Shown here one piece after another: positions 25,905-38,949 of a stretch of 64,000 nt of DNA. Positions within the stretch are counted from its first letter, which is position 1, and every line of letters begins with the position of its first letter. Both the position numbers and the translations under genes were made by a program. Source of the stretch: Lingula anatina (Eukaryota > Animalia > Brachiopoda); NCBI GenBank assembly GCA_051362555.1, contig CM120647.1, forward strand, positions 4,030,001 through 4,094,000. Direction: 5' to 3'. The notes beneath the pieces were generated by a model. That model was not told the DNA's origin. It made no database searches and saw only the letters and a program-made list of their open reading frames with translations.

Positions 25905-26775
25905 AGCCTCGGTCACAACCGGTCGTACGGGCTCTTACGGGCTGTTTGCGTCCAAATTTTGAGCAGAATCTCACGTCCCACGCGAGTCCTTCTTACGAAA
26001 TTTCGAGTTCACAGACTCTAATGCGTAAGCACGTGCGGAGGATGTTGGACATGTCCAAAAGATTCTACGAATAGCCTGCGAATAGCCTGCGAACAGCGAG
26101 GCCGCAAGCGTACTTTGTTCTCCTCGCACGGAGTTAGCAGGTGAGACGCGCGTTTTGCAAGACGCACGTCGTAAGCAATGAAGGAGCAACTGCCCTTTGT
26201 GTGTTGAGTAAAGGTGCACGTCCTCACAACTAACGAACAAAGTCGAGAGCACACCAGGAATGCATCGCACGTGCGTCACCTCCACGCCTGGTGTATAAAA
26301 GGCGTGCTCACTAAGCACGCTCGTGTCTTTACAATGAACATCGACTGTTTAACGTGTACAACAATTTTCAAAATTTTCAAATTTTTGCTCAATTTAGTTT
26401 CTAATATGCCTCTAAAAGGCAAGAGAAAGAAGCTTACATAGTAGAAAAAAAGGGAGGGGGAAGAAGAAAGAAGAAGAGAACAGGAAGCAAAACTGATGTA
26501 CGCCGTCAGTACGTCAACACAAACGTGTGAGGCAAGTGTGAAGCAAAACTGACGCAAAAGGGCACTTCTTTCGCCGTGCGTTGCATTCCCTTCGTAAGTA
26601 GTGAGTGTGTGCCACATACACAGGAAGCAAGACAAACACAAGAAATGAGTACAATTTTCACGGCCATCGCTCCTTGTAATTAGCGTCCCTGCTTGAAAGG
26701 ACATCTCATGTGGCCCTTGCGACTCGCAAGGCAGACTTTCCTCTACCTCTACGACCTCCACGGCCTCCGCAACAC
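25905..26775. mobile_element. PIF/Harbinger-like element, 3' end truncated
   Basis: TAA|AGCCTCGGTCACAACCGG; collinear with the full copy at 39637-40738; runs directly into the tandem array. Confidence 0.8.
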
Positions 26776-29700
26776 AGTGATTTACACGGGAAAGTGTAAT
26801 CTGGATATGCTATGTTGTCCTTTTCTATTAATGCGACGCCCCGCAAAGAAAAATATGCGTTTTGAAACAACATCCTATAGAGTGAAACCCGTTTCAGGGA
26901 TGCAACCATGGCATTTTTCATTTTTTGGAGATGTATTTGAAATGATGCATTTTGAATATGTCATTGAAAATGTCCAATTTATTTGAAACAACAGACTGAA
27001 AAGAACAACCCACTGGAACATGCGTTTTAGATATACAGTGATGATTCCATTTCATTATCGTTATGAAACAAATGGCAATAAAACGATCATTGAAAGAAAC
27101 ATCCATTAACCAGGAGAGCATTATAAAGCTTTCCTCTACGATGCTCTCGTCTCTTTGTTCAATCACGGAAGCTAAAGGGGCGTAAAAAAATAGTTGATAA
27201 CTTATTTCATCTAAAATTTGTTTCCTCAATTTAGCAAATGCGACTGAGCGTCCTTACGATAACAGTTGTAGTTCTGTAGTGGAGAATAGTCCAGCAAAAT
27301 GTTCCTTCATTAGTTGACAAATATATGTTTTTATTAATTTTTAAGTTCTAATATGGAATTTAAAAAGTCAAATTTTGACTTGAAATCATTTAGAAACGCT
27401 CTGATCAGCCCTTGCGACGAACACAGGGATTCTTGTTTACACGAGCAGTGTAATCTGGATATGCAATGTTTTCCCTTTGGGTTAATGCGACGCCCCGCAA
27501 GTCAAATACGTTTTGAAACAACATCCTATAAAGTTCAACCCTTCTATGGATGCAATCATGGCATTTTTCATTTTTAGAGATGTATTTAAAATGATGCATT
27601 TTTCATTTTTTGGGGATGTATTTGAAATGATGCATTTTGAATATGTCATTGAAAATGTCCAATTTATTTGAAACAACAGACTGAAAAGAACAACCCACTG
27701 GAACATGCGTTTTAGATATACAGTGATGATTCCATATCATTATCGTTATGAAACAAATGGCAATAAAACGATCATTGAAAGAAACATCCATTAACCAGGA
27801 GAGCATCATAAAGCTTTCCTCTACGATGCTCTCGTCTCTTGTTCAATCACAAAAGCTAAAGGGGCGAAAAAAATAGTTGATAACTTATTTCATCTAAAAT
27901 GTCTTTCCTCAACTTAGCAAATGCGACTGAGCGGGTGTGCAGCCATGTGAACAGTCCAAAAACTGTTGAAAACGTTAATGTTCATGGGCTATGTAAATGT
28001 AAGCTTTTGGCTCTTTATAACGAAGGTGAAAACCGACAAGTAGGAGTTCACCGGACAACCAATAACAAATGTATACCAGGCCTATTATGTGTAGGCAATT
28101 TGACTTTGAGTTGAATTCTGTGTCAGTTTGCATCCTTTGAAACCTGTAATGACGGAAAGATCATGTCAACGGCCAACAACTAATTGATATTTCATTTCTG
28201 GATTCGTTTGTTTACCACCACAGATAGATGGTGCGGTCATTTCCTGCATTATTATTGAAAGCTCATTGATATCAAATCACCTCAGTATTGCTCCAAACGG
28301 AGCAATGAAGAGGAAATGTTCACAAAAACTGAAACTCTTCAGTGAACTGCCAGAGACAATAAAACTATCAGTCTAGTATACATGATTCATGTTGTAATTT
28401 GCCTGCGTCAAGTGTTATTCTATGATTGACGACCAATAATGATGGTCGGCGACAGACCCCCGAACCCGTTCTTACGATAACAGTTGTGGTTCTGAAGTGG
28501 AGAATGGTCGAGCAAAATGTTCCTCCATCAGTTGACAAAGATTTGCATTTTAGCAATGTTTAAGATCTAATATGGTGTTTAGAAAGTCAAATTTTGACTT
28601 GAAATCATTATGAAACGCTCTGATCAGCCCTTGCGACGAACACACAGATTCTTGTTTACACGAAAATGTAATATGGTTATGCAATGTTTCCTCTTTCTAT
28701 TAATGCGACGCCCCGCAAGTCAAATACGTTTTGAAACAACGTCCCATAGAGTTCAACCCTTTTAGGGATGCAAATATGACATTTTTCAGATTTTAAAATG
28801 TATTTGAAATGATGTATTTGAAATGACGCAAAGAAAAATAAACGTTTTGAAATAATATCCTGTAGAGTTAATGCCATTTTAGGGATGCAATCATGACATT
28901 TTTTTTTATTTTTGGAGATGTATTTGAAATGATGCATTTTGAATATGTCATTGAAAATGTCCAATTTATTTGAAACAACCGACTGAAAAGAACAACCCAC
29001 TGGAACATGCCTTTAAGTGATGATTCTATGTCATTATCGTTATGCAACAAATGGCAATAAAACGTTCATTGAAAGAAACATGCATTAACCAGGAGAGCAT
29101 CATGAAGCTTTCCTCTATGGGGCTCTCGTCTCTTTGTTCAATCACTGAAGCTAAAGGGGCCTAAAATTTATTTCATCTACAATTTGTTTCCTCAATTAAG
29201 CAAATGCGACTGAGCGTACTTAAGCTAACAGTTGTGGTTCTGAAGTGGAGAATAGTCGAGCAAAATGTTCCTTCATTAGATGACAAAGATTTGTTTTTAT
29301 CAATGTTAAAGATCTAATATGGAATTTAGAAAGTCAAATTTTGACTTGAAATCGTTAAGAAACGCTCTGATCAGCCCTTGCGACGAACACAGATTCTTGT
29401 TTATACGAAAAGCGTAATATGTATAGGCAATGTTTTCCCTTTTCTAATAATGCAACGCCCCGCAAGTCAAATACGATTTGAAACAATATACTATAGAGTT
29501 CAACCCTTTTAGGGATACAATCATGACATTTTTCATTTTTTGGAGATGTACTTGAAAGTATGCATTTTGGAAATGTCCAATTTATTTGAAACAACTAACT
29601 GAGAAGAACAACCCACTGAAACATGCGTTTTAGATAAACAGTGATGATTCCATGTTATTATCGTTATGAAACAAATGGCAATAAAACGATCATTGAAAGA

Positions 29701-32700
29701 AACATGCATTAACCAGGAGACCATCATAAAGCTTTCCTCTACGATGCTCTCGTCTCTTTGTTCAATCACTGAAGCTAAAGTGGCGTAAAAAATACTTCAT
29801 AAGTTATTTCATCTAAAATGTGTTTCCTCAATTTAGCAAATGCGACTGAGCGGGTGTGCAGCCATGTGAACAGTCCACAAACTGTTGAAAACTTTAATGT
29901 TCATTCCCTCGGCAGCAGAGACCACACAGCAATTTACCAAATGTACGTCTAATTATCCAGGGGATGGATGGGCTTTGTAAATGTGCGGTTTTGGCTCTTT
30001 ATACTGAAGGTGAATAACGACAAGTAGGAGTTCACCGGACAACCAATAACAAATGTATACCAGGCCTATTATGTGTAGGCAATTTGACTTTGAGTTGAAT
30101 TCTGTGTCAGTTTGCATCCTTTAAAACCTGTAATGACGGAAAGATCATGTCAACGGCCAACAACTAATCGATATTTCATTTCTGGGTTCGTTTGTTTACC
30201 ACCACAGATAGATGGTGCGGTCATTTCCTGCATTATTATTGAAAGCTCATTGATGCCAAATCACCCCAGTATTGCTCCAAACGGAGCAATGAAGAGGAAA
30301 CGTTCACAAAAACTGAAACTCTTCAGTGAACTGCCAGAGACAATAAAACTATCAGTCTAGTATACATGATTCATGTTGTAATTTGCCTGCGTCAAGTGTT
30401 ATTCTATGATTGACGACCAATAATGATGGTCGGCGACAGACCCCCGAACCCGTTCTTACGATAACAGTTGTGGTTCTGAAGTGGAGAATGGTCGAGCAAA
30501 ATGTTCCTCCATCAGTTGACAAAGATTTGCATTTTAGCAATGTTTAAGATCTAATATGGTGTTTAGAAAGTCAAATTTTGACTTGAAATCATTATGAAAC
30601 GCTCTGATCAGCCCTTGCGACGAACACACAGATTCTTGTTTACACGAAAATGTAATATGGTTATGCAATGTTTCCTCTTTCTATTAATGCGACGCCCCGC
30701 AAGTCAAATACGTTTTGAAACAACGTCCCATAGAGTTCAACCCTTTTAGGGATGCAAAAATGACATTTTTCAGATTTTAAAATGTATTTGAAATGATGTA
30801 TTTGAAATGACGCAAAGAAAAATAAACGTTTTGAAATAATATCCTGTAGAGTTAATACCATTTTAGGGATGCAATCATGACATTTTTTTTATTTTTGGAG
30901 ATGTATTTGAAATGATGCATTTTGAATATGTCATTGAAAATGTCCAATTTATTTGAAACAACCGACTGAAAAGAACAACCCACTGGAACATGCCTTTAAG
31001 TGATGATTCTATGTCATTATCGTTATGACACAAATGGCAATAAAACGTTCATTGAGAGAAACATGCATTAACCAGGAGAGCATCATGAAGCTTTCCTCTA
31101 TGGGGCTCTCGTCTCTTTGTTCAATCACTGAAGCTAAAGGGGCCTAAAACTTATTTCATCTACAATTTGTTTCCTCAATTAAGCAAATGCGACTGAGCGT
31201 ACTTAGGCTAACAGTTGTGGTTCTGAAGTGGAGAATAGTCGAGCAAAATGTTCCTTCATTAGATGACAAAGATTTGTTTTTATCAATGTTAAAGATCTAA
31301 TATGGAATTTAGAAAGTCAAATTTTGACTTGAAATCGTTAATAAACGCTCTGATCAGCCCTTGCGACGAACACACAGATTCTTGTTCAACAACTAATCGA
31401 TATTTCATTTCTGGGTTCGTTTGTTTACCACCACAGATAGATGGTGCGGTCATTTCCTGCATTATTATTGAAAGCTCATTGATGCCAAATCACCCCAGTA
31501 TTGCCCCAAACGGAGCAATGAAGAGGAAACGTTCACAAAAACTGAAACTCTTCAGTGAACTGCCAGAGACAATAAAACTATAAGTCTAGTATACATGATT
31601 CATGTTGTAATTTGCCTGCGTCAAGTGTTATTCTATGACTGACGACCAATAATGATGAGAATAGCAGATGCCCGTGATTAAAATTCATAAAAAATAAGCA
31701 GGCGTGAAAAAATTGCAATTCCTAATGCTAAATTGTATTAAATGGAAAATTAGATATAAGATAAGCTTCCATGGCTGTCATATTACCTCTTAATGGGTTT
31801 TGACAAAATGGACTATCAGCACATGTGTGAGTTCGGCTATCATTGTTTTTGTGTGAAATGGATTTTTTCGACAATGGCGCCTGATAACATACAAAGTTGA
31901 GGTCTTCGACCTACTTGGCATTTCTGTGCGCCTCTGGACGGCGACAGACCCCCGAACCCGTTCTTACGATAACAGTTGTGGTTCTAAAGTGTAGAATTGT
32001 TGAGCAAAATGTTCCTTCATTAGTTGACAAAGATTTGCTTTTATCAATGTTTAAGATCTAATATGGAATTTAGAAAGTCACATTTTGACTTGAAATCATT
32101 TAGAAACGCTCTGGTCAGCCCTTGCAACGAACACAGATATTCTTGTTTACACAAATAGTGTAATCTGGATAGGCAATGTTTTCCCTTTCTGTTAATGCGA
32201 CTCCCTGGAAGTCAAAAACGTTTTCAAACAGCATCCTATAGAGTGAAACCCTTTTAGGGATACAAACATGACATTTTTCATTTTTTTGGAAATGTACTTG
32301 AAATGAAGCATTTTGAATATCTCATTGAAAATGTCCAATTTATTTGAAACAAGCGTCTGAGAAGAACGATCCACTGGAACATGCGTTTTAGATTTACAGT
32401 GATGATTCCATGTCATTATCGTTATGAAACAAATGGCAATAAAACGATCCTTGAAAGAAACATGCATAAACCAGGAGAGCATCATAAAGTTTTCCTCTAC
32501 GGGGCTCTCGTCTCTTTGTTCAATCACGGAAGCTAAAGGGGCGTAAAAAATACTTGATAACTTATTTCATCTAAAATCTAAAGGGATAATAACTCTTCGT
32601 TTCGGCCAAAAAATGAATATTCCTGGAGTAAACAACAATTTCCCATACTTACCAATGGTTAATGAATCCATTTTTAATTTCAAAATTAGTCCCTGGTTTT

Positions 32701-32990
32701 TTTCTAAAAAGTTTGTTTTTTTGTTAAAATCTCTTAAGAGATTTTAACAGAGTATAGCCATCAATGGAGGTCACGTGGTCTAAAGACAAGCTCAGATATC
32801 AGAATAATAGCTATAACTGCCGTATTTGTGGTAAAACAGAATATATTGTATTTCTATGAGTTATTCACAATGCTTTTATTGTGAAATATAGATCTCATAC
32901 GAAGAGTTTTTATCCCTTTAAGCAAATGCGACTGAGCAGGTGTGCAGCCAAGTGAACAGTCCAAAAACTTGAAACTTTACTGTTCATTTC
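26776..32990. repeat. Complex tandem array: ~630-750 bp A units and ~540-600 bp B units, ~1984-bp higher-order repeat
   Basis: The A end motif GCAAATGCGACTGAGC recurs at ~27235, 27917, 29200, 29836, 31184 and 32921; identical spurious ORFs at 28368 and 30352 are 1984 bp apart. Confidence 0.9.
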
Positions 32991-33239
32991 CTTGGTGGCG
33001 GGGTGCCTGTGAATTTTGAATAGGGAGACTATGGGTGCCCTGAGTGTCAGGGCACTAAATAGCTAGCTTGCTCACTATAACTTTTTATGATGTGGTAGCT
33101 TTACAGTGCCCCTGAGGAACAATCTAGAGTATCCGTTAATCAAAGGAACTGCTTTGCAGTGAATCTGCAGTTGAATGTATGAAGTCGAAAATGAAACGTA
33201 AAGCATATTTATTTATTTTATTTGTTTAATTGCATATAC

Positions 33240-33510
33240 TGCGGAACAGAGCTGTGACGTACGAGGCTTATGGCTTCCAAATATTAAAGCGCCCCAGGCA
33301 AAATTTTGCTGAACACACCCCCTGCCTTACGCTACTTTCTAGACTCAGTTGTGTGAATATGGGTTATTATATGGATTCAAGATCGAGCTGGCGAAACTGA
33401 AATCTAGAACCTAGGGTATGTGGTATTCAATATTCGGCAATTCTTCACCAATCGACAGACTTACGGACCCTATGGACTGGATAGACCCAATAATCAGCTT
33501 AATGTATCTT
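33240..33510 (+). pseudogene. Old, divergent jacalin remnant
   Basis: DSVV*IWV..*NLGYVVFNIRQFFTNRQTYGPYGLDRPNNQLNVS with in-frame stops. Confidence 0.7.
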
Positions 33511-35214
33511 TCTTGGTGTAATTATGTTTTCTATCAAATCAATGTTCTTCTCTAGTTATCCCCCTCCGGTTTTTTTTTTTTTTTTTTTTTTTTACCCTTC
33601 CCCGACTTAACTTGCTCACACTCGTTGTTATATCTGGGTTCATTTTATCACAAAAGTATATCGTATGCTTATTATGTAGGGGGTAGGTTCATTTCTTGTA
33701 GTTAGTCAAGTCTTGCAGATGCTCGTATTTACTTTGTTCTATGTTTCTCTCTATATACAATTTCAAGGCTATATGGCGAAATTTGGTTTACTTTACCGGT
33801 AATATGTGGAAGTCAGAATTTTCATATTATGCCTTCTTATTGTTGCAAGATTCACTTTACTTTATTGTTCGTGCATCTTAAATTTGGAAACATAGTTATA
33901 AATGTGTAATTTGTTTTAGAATATTATATTAACATAAATTAACGTAATTCCATGACGTTTGATATAAAAATGGATAGATTTCAGTAATTTTTTTCTCAAC
34001 GTACTGTCTTGTGTATTATTTGATAAAATTGTCGGATGTTTACATGGCTGCCAAAGATTGTACCTCTGGTACAAGGGAATAAGAGCGTATTATTTCTGGC
34101 TCCAGCTCTGTTGTTTAGGTGATCTATCTTTATAACATGGCCACAAGAAGTGAGAGAAGCTCACAATCCCGCCATTGTCTTTTACTCTCTTTTATTGTGG
34201 ATGTATGTGTGATCATTAAATTTGATGTTGTTAAATCCCTCATCTTGTATCATATTACACTTCTTCATTTTAATAAATGACATTACCAATCATATAGACT
34301 TATTTTTTTCTTTAATTTTGAGCAAAAACTGGGCTTCTTTGTGCTTGTGAACATTAAGCTACATAAATGATTTTAATGGATACCCGATTCTGTACACAGC
34401 AGTAGCTACAAGTGCAAAATTTAATTGCACAATGAACCTGAAAGAGTGGTTTTAAGTGTCCTCAGGCATATTGTACGTTTTAAAGACAACCAGTTTTCAG
34501 TTGTCTCGGAAACGTTCGTGCATGAGCAGCAGCAGCGTCCCTATCGCTCTTTTGAAGAGCAATCACTTGGGGCAATAAACACGCCTTCGTCTTCCAGCAC
34601 GTGTTTAAGATTTCATGAAGACCAAAAAGTGTTTTACGTATAGGACGTCACCGATTTGTCTTCTGGACACGTTAGGCCGTCTGCTACACATTTTTGGGAA
34701 TTTTTCTTAAGATAATTTGAATCAAATCCTTGTAACGCCATAAATTTCGACTTCATGTGACGCCAATATATAGAAATAAACCAAGTAGTAATAAACCATG
34801 TAAGTATGCAATTTGACGGCTTGGTAATGGCACAGTCTGTTTTGAAGTGCTTACTCGCTTTGTGTCTTTATGATGAAACATGTAATGTAAAAACTGCTCC
34901 AATTTCTAAAATATGTAAGCAATCGTCATTTGAAAGATACTGGTTTTAGGAAATGCAATATTTCATAAAATTAGTAGGAATAAAAGTAGTGGTATATGTA
35001 TTTCTGTTCCCTCGGAAAGTGTCGATTTTGTCATGTCAAAATTAAAACAAAATTAGCTATTTAATATTGTCGACATGTTATATCATGCCACTGGTTTTTT
35101 TGATCTCATAAAATGTCATTTTCCGATTTTATCACCTAAGCTCTGATTAAAATGTTTAAAATGTTTTTGTTGCTGTGAGCTTTAATGATCCAATGATGTA
35201 TTTGAGACTACATG

Positions 35215-35215
35215 T

Positions 35216-35262
<47 letters not shown>

Positions 35263-35263
35263 T
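35215..35263. repeat. (TTTA)n microsatellite
   Basis: Direct read. Confidence 0.95.
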
Positions 35264-35341
35264 TAAAATTTAGGAATAATAAAAGACTATTTGGAAACAA
35301 GATTAAAAGATTAAAAGAAATACACTAAAATTTGACACCAG

Positions 35342-35498
35342 TGTGACGAAACTAAGAGTCCGTGTAACAGAGAGTCCGCCCTCCAATTAATTATACAGTA
35401 TATATTAGGGTTTTGGGTCAACATTTAGGTCGGGGCTTGCCTGAGCAAATTTAAGGGAACCGCACTCTTTCTCATGGGGAACACTCTGACACGTCACA
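35342..35498. mobile_element. Ginger-like non-autonomous element ~260 bp upstream of the receptor ATG
   Basis: CCAG|TGTGACG ... CGTCACA|CCAG (perfect 4-bp TSD); related to 18970-19133. Confidence 0.65.
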
Positions 35499-35755
35499 CC
35501 AGTACGGCAACGAGACAACGTTTTCTAAAACAGCTATAATACACAAAGATGCACTACACGATATTATGACATCCACCTCTTTTGACAATTTTGACTCATT
35601 CTTTTAAATATTAATGTATTTGAATCAATAAAAGGACAATCATTAGATTGCACGGCGCCTATTTGCTGATTACACAAGTTAAAGAGCAGCGTTTTTATTT
35701 CGTGCGTCAGTAGCGTGTAGCACTACTTAGGCGGCAGTAGATTTGAGATTTGGCG

Positions 35756-38700
35756 ATGGGAATCAAAAAGACGTGGTGCATATTCCTTTCAGTTTTCACG
35801 CTTTTCTCTGAATGTGGTGTCAGCGATGGCATAAGTCACTTAACAGCGTCTAATGCGCGTTCATCAATTCGCAAATGCTTGAAGAGATCTGTGTTGAAAT
35901 TACCGGCGCTGACAGGTTATAAAGCGTGGAACTTAATTCAACAGTGTGTCTGGGCCGAGTGTGGGGAACAAACGAATACGAGAGAGGGTGATACAATTGT
36001 TCTGGTCAACACTGGGATATGCGGTGTTATTCAAAGTACTAATTTTGGCATTGGTGAATATCCACGAGATCACATACAGAGATGGGAAATAACCACTACC
36101 AAGGGTAGCGGGGTAAGTTTCACATTTAACCATTTCTCGTTAGAAGATTACGATTATCTTGCCGTATCTATCGGCTCATGTAATGACTCCCGTCACTACG
36201 GTAATTTTTATGGAGGGCTGACATATCTCAACTCAACGGAACTCACCCTACTTGGAAATAAGGTCTGCGCAGAATTTTTCACAGATCGCATTTTGGAATC
36301 TTCGGGATTTCAAATCGAATATCTTGCAGTATTTTCAGACTGTCATCAAGTTAAACTACCTACAGTTTTGTCTTCACCCCGAGGCGAGTTTCATCCAAAA
36401 ACAGATCTAATTTCGACGCAGTGCGATAGTAAAGTGGAGTATCACGTTCATATCAGTGCTGCAGGTGGTGATCAAATTTTACTACAATGGGAAGTATATA
36501 CAAACATTTCTTCAAACATTTCTGTGCCGTATACATTGCACGTATACGAAGGACCCCCAGGATCCAGGATAATTTTGTATCCTACTGACACTCAGATGTC
36601 GCTGAAAAATGGTTCCATTAGCACGATAGGTTGGAATGCATTTTTTAACTTAACTGAGGAAAGGCACATACCAGGTTCTACGTCATGGGTGTTTGTTGCC
36701 AGTTACAGGTCTTTTGTAACACCCTATACCCCCGGAACAGTATGCCAATCTTCTAGAAACGCTAACGGGCGCCTGGACACGTCTTGTACAAACCTCAGTA
36801 ACAACACTTGGGTTGGTCTAACTGTAACCCCTGGATCATTAGTTCGCCATGATATCGATCTTTTCTCAAATTCCACAGTGATTTTAATAACCGGCAGTTT
36901 GATATCACACTTGGCTATACCGAACCGAGTGGATGAAAAAAAGTGTCTATTCTTTGGGAAAATACTTACTGGTTACAGTCACTTACATAATAACTTGGTG
37001 GTGGTCGGGCCGAGTTGCGTCTTCTATGATACAACTGACACACTCAGGGCGGTTATCTATTTAAATCGACCACGTGTAATTTTCTACTGTTTTCGATTTG
37101 ACAATAACAGTGGGTCGTGTTTTAAACCTAAAAGTTATGTATATTACTGGTTGTTATATAAACGTGCAAGCAACCAGGTTGAGAACATTTATGAACCATA
37201 CCGCCGGATCGAGAAGGATTTTTTGTATGATGTTTTTGGCAGTTACGACAGTTGCCAAACAAGACACAACGGAAGTTCTGGTCATGGCACTTTTATTCAA
37301 CATAAAAATTTGAGAGTGCCGATGAGATCACATTGCCAAGTTGGTGGGATGCTGTTCATTTATCGGAGATTCTCACATAGATATGACACGTTTTTCAAAC
37401 AAGGATGGTGGAAATTTACTCATTATGCATGCTTCTTGCACATCACACATAAAAGTAACGGGTTCGAAATATTCGTCACCAGGCGTATCGGTTACGATTT
37501 AAAATTCACCAAAACTTTCTGTTCATCTTTATCTTTAACCAGTGAAGGTGGGCGATATGGTTTGGAAGAATATACCATTTTGTCAACTTCAGAAAAGAGA
37601 GAGCACAACGAAACGGTTTCTAAATCGACAGGTGCATTTTACGGGCTTTGTGGACATCGATATGCCGGGATTACATATACAATAACAATCAAAAAGGACA
37701 GGTATTGCAAATGGTGTTTTTATTCGCTGAAATTCAGAATGGCTCGGATATGTAAATATATAAAGGCTGTCCTCAAATTTAAAATAGAAGAACATTTCAC
37801 ATTTGCCTCAGGTGAAGGGCATAACGAAGCTCCCACAGGTCGCATACTCGCTAGCACACCGACATTTATCTTGAAAAATGAAAAATGGAAAAGTTTCTCG
37901 GTTGAACACACTTGGAACACTCTCAGTGCGTGGACAGTCTGTATTGTCTTAGAGCCTCTACCCACTGACTCAAACCCACGGCAGGTAGAAGACATGCACC
38001 TTTCTTACAATTTAGAAAACTATGTTGACATCTCTGACAGCTTAATTGAAGATTTTCATAACGGTAGAGAAACGTCATGTATCTTTGGAAAATGCTATAA
38101 GTTACTTACCGAATTACAAGACGCGAGACCGCCCCTTAGCTGGTTAAGATCACGTGAGCTGTGTCAGGCCACTGGAGGCGACCTACCGACTGCCTTGGAC
38201 GATTTCACTTTAAAGGCCGTTTTGAACCAAACTGTAATAAATACCCAATGGTTTTTGGAGATGTACGTCAAACATCGGTTCCTCTTGTTCTTGGGTCTTA
38301 GGCGAGAAAAACAAGTAAGTAATTAAGTAATATCACCAACTATAGAGTATTTCCTACCTTCTCTACAGGCATTTACCTGTAGAAATATATAGCCATTCCT
38401 CGAAAAGGGTTCCAATTCCGAAAAATACTTGTCGCGGCCTATTTTTAGCAATAAAATTGTATGAAATAATTTTAGTACTTTAATGTGGGGAAACGTGTAT
38501 TCTGCATATAAGACAAGAATGCATGCATTGTAGAACTCTCCTTGACGGGAACTCTAAGAGTCTATACTGTATGCTGCTTCATGTTAATTCACCGTATAGA
38601 TAAAAATAGAAGTATTTATATTGATGCACCTTGAAAGATCTACATTATAGTTGTAAAATACAATACAAGCTTTTGGCCCCTGGGCCATCTTCGAGGATTA

Positions 38701-38870
38701 TCATAATGATAATTATAATAATTATCATAGTTATCATAATTTTCATAATGATAATGATGATAATTATCGTTATGATAATCCCCGAAGAATATCTTTCAAG
38801 GTGCATCATGATCAATATATATACTTCTACTGTATAATTTCAACGCTTTAGTAATATAGCGGTTTTGCCA

Positions 38871-38949
<79 letters not shown>

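Noticed and set aside
25868-26986. Cluster of overlapping ORFs (also 39581-40810)
   Set aside because: They lie inside a non-autonomous Harbinger-like element; frames are not conserved between the two copies.
26776-32990. Repeated short ORFs, or a CRISPR-like array
   Set aside because: Units are hundreds of bp with no unique spacers; the ORFs break differently between copies and match no domain I recognise.
35750-35755. TTG start of the 858-aa ORF and GTG start of the 1006-aa ORF as separate genes
   Set aside because: Eukaryotic context: the ATG is at 35756 and the second ORF begins at a splice acceptor (52219).
38631-38837. Hydrophobic Ile/Met-rich ORF resembling a membrane peptide
   Set aside because: Translation of a degenerate (ATA/ATC/ATG)n microsatellite.
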